A model generated the notes under the pieces. The model searched no databases. It was not told the origin of the DNA and saw only the letters and a program-made list of their open reading frames with translations. Positions 61,887-64,000 of a DNA stretch of 64,000 bases are shown here, piece after piece (the stretch's first letter is position 1; the number at the start of each line of letters is the position of its first letter). Origin of the DNA: Malacoraja senta (taxonomy: Eukaryota); NCBI GenBank assembly GCA_038087875.1, contig CM075996.1:1428001-1492000 (forward strand), written 5' to 3'. Made by a program: the position numbers and the translations under genes.

Positions 61887-64000
61887 CAAGGGTTACTTGA
61901 AGTTAGAGAAATCAAATTCATACCGCTGGGCTGTAAGCTGCCCAAGCGACATATGAGGTGCAGTTCCTCCAATTTGCATTTGGCCTCATTCTGACAATGG
62001 AGGAGGCCCAGGACAGAATGGTCAGTGTGGGAATGGGAGGGGAGGTTGGTTTGCGTGATAGTCTGGGCTAAGTCCACAACTCTGTGCAATTCCTTGCTAG
62101 GCAGGTCGAGTCTGTTCCGGGACAGGTGATCCATCCTGACCACACCTGGACTCTTCCGGGTGGTGAAATCTCTGACAGCCTTGGCCAGCTCAGTTGTACC
62201 GTCACCTCGCGGTGAGTCTGTGGAATTCGTTGCCACAGACGGCTGTGGAGGCCAAGTCAATGGATACTTTTTAAGGCAGAGTTTGACATCTTCTTGATTA
62301 GTACGGGTGTCAGGGGTTACAGGGAGTAGGCAGGAGAATGGGGCTGAGTGGGAGAGATAGATCAGCCGTGATTAAATGGCAGAGTAGATTTGATGGGCTG
62401 AATGGCCTCATTCTATGGACTTAAGAATGTTTAGTTCAACAAACAACCTGCTGGAGGACCACAGCGGGTCGAGCAGCATCCGTGGGGTGGACTGACATTA
62501 ATGATGTTTCGGGTTGAGGACAGAACCATCAACTATATCTGTGCCTGCACAGATGCTGCCTGACCCGCAGAGTTCCTCCAGCACTTTGCTTTTTGCTCCA
62601 GATTCCACCATCTGCAGTCTCTTGCGATTCCAACTATTGGGTTCCTTTTTCATAGAAACATAGAAAATAGGTGCAGGAGGAGGCCATTCGGCCCTTCGAT
62701 CCAGCACCGCCATTCATTGTGATTATGGCTGATCGTCCCCTATCAATAACCCGTGCCTGCCTTCTCTCCATATCCCTTGATTCCACTAGCCCCTAGAGCT
62801 CTATCTAACTCTCTCTTAAATCCATCCAGTGACTTGGCCTCCACTGCCCTCTGTGGCAGGGAATTCCATAAATTCACAACTCTCTGGGTGAAAAAGTTTT
62901 TTCTCACCTCAGTCTTAAATGGCCTCCCCTTTATTCTAAGACTGTGGCCCCTGGTTCTGGACTCGCCCAACGTTGGGAACATTTTTCCTGTATCTAGCTT
63001 GTCCAGTCCTTTTATAATTTTATATGTTTCCATAAGATATCCCCTCATCCTTCTAAACTCCAGTGAATACAGGCCTAGTCTTTTCTATTTCACAAATGAA
63101 GCCTTGCCATTGAAAGTGTAAACAAGAAATACTTGGCTTTCTTGACATTCTTCCAGCTGACATCCTGTACAAGTCCCCAATGCAACTCAGGTGTCCTCTT
63201 CAAGCGGCAAATCATTGATACACAGGCACAGTGGTGCAGCTGGCCGAGTTGGTAGAATCTTTCAAAGGGGTCCCGACCCGAAACGCCACCTGTTGTTTGC
63301 CTCCACAGATGGTGCGTGACACACTGAGTTCCTCCAGCACTTTTTTATTTCCTCCAGCACAGTTTATTTTCCAGATACTGCGTGGAAACAGGCCCTTCGG
63401 CCCATCGTGTGGGCACCGACCAGCCTATCGCCCGTACACTAGCTTTAGCCTAGAAACAAAGGGCAATATTACAGCAGACAATTAACCTACAAACCTGCAC
63501 GTCTTTGGAGTGTGGGAGGAAACCGGAGCACCCGGAGAAAACCGGAGCAGTCAGTGGGAGAACGTACAAACTCCGTACAGACAGCACCCGCAGTCAGGAT
63601 CGAACCCGGGTCTCTGGCGCTGTGAGGCAGCAGTTCCAGAGATTCACCACTCTCTGTGAGAAAAATGTTTTTCTCATCTCGGTCCTAAAAGACTTCCCCC
63701 TTTTCCTTAAGTCCAGGGCAAGGGGTCACAGTTTAAGGATAAGGGGGAAATCTTTTAGGACCGAGATGAGGAAAACATTTTTCACACAGAGAGTGGTGAA
63801 TCTGTGGAATTCTCTGCCACAGAAGGTAGTTGAGGCCAGTTCATTGGCTATATTTAAGAGGGAGTTAGATGTGGCCCTTGTGGCTAAAGGGATCAGGGGG
63901 TATGGAGAGAAGGCAAGGGGTATGGAGAGAAGGGATACTGAGTTGGATGATCAGCCATGATCATATTGAATGGCGGTGCAGGCTCGAAGGGCCGAATGGC

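Overview
Repeat-rich vertebrate genomic DNA, most likely from a cartilaginous fish (skate/ray-type HE1/V-SINE, CR1/HER1 and Penelope repeats). On the + strand it holds three gene pieces. (1) The last five coding exons of POLD1 (2674-26189), with a candidate polyA site near 27923. (2) A 23-nt candidate first coding exon of SPIB/Spi-D (40188-40210, MHSLETP(Q)) in a unique promoter-like island. (3) After a 200-N assembly gap (44873-45072), five internal exons of MYBPC2 (domains C6-C8); the first carries a 1-nt frameshift. This matches the human POLD1-SPIB-MYBPC2 order and implies the gap hides a large amount of sequence. The introns are filled with nested CR1, L2, Rex/Babar, Tx1-like and Penelope fragments, V-SINEs, Harbinger-like MITEs and satellites. 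The most notable non-genic observations are a 135-bp TSD-flanked retroposon whose 5' 54 nt fold as a minimal HDV-like ribozyme (52986-53120, minus strand), palindromic hammerhead-bearing Penelope derivatives that insert with 9-17-bp TSDs and seed a 66-bp satellite, and a 415-bp TIR element with an 18-bp TSD. All calls were made by eye; homology statements rest on recalled protein and repeat sequences, not database searches.
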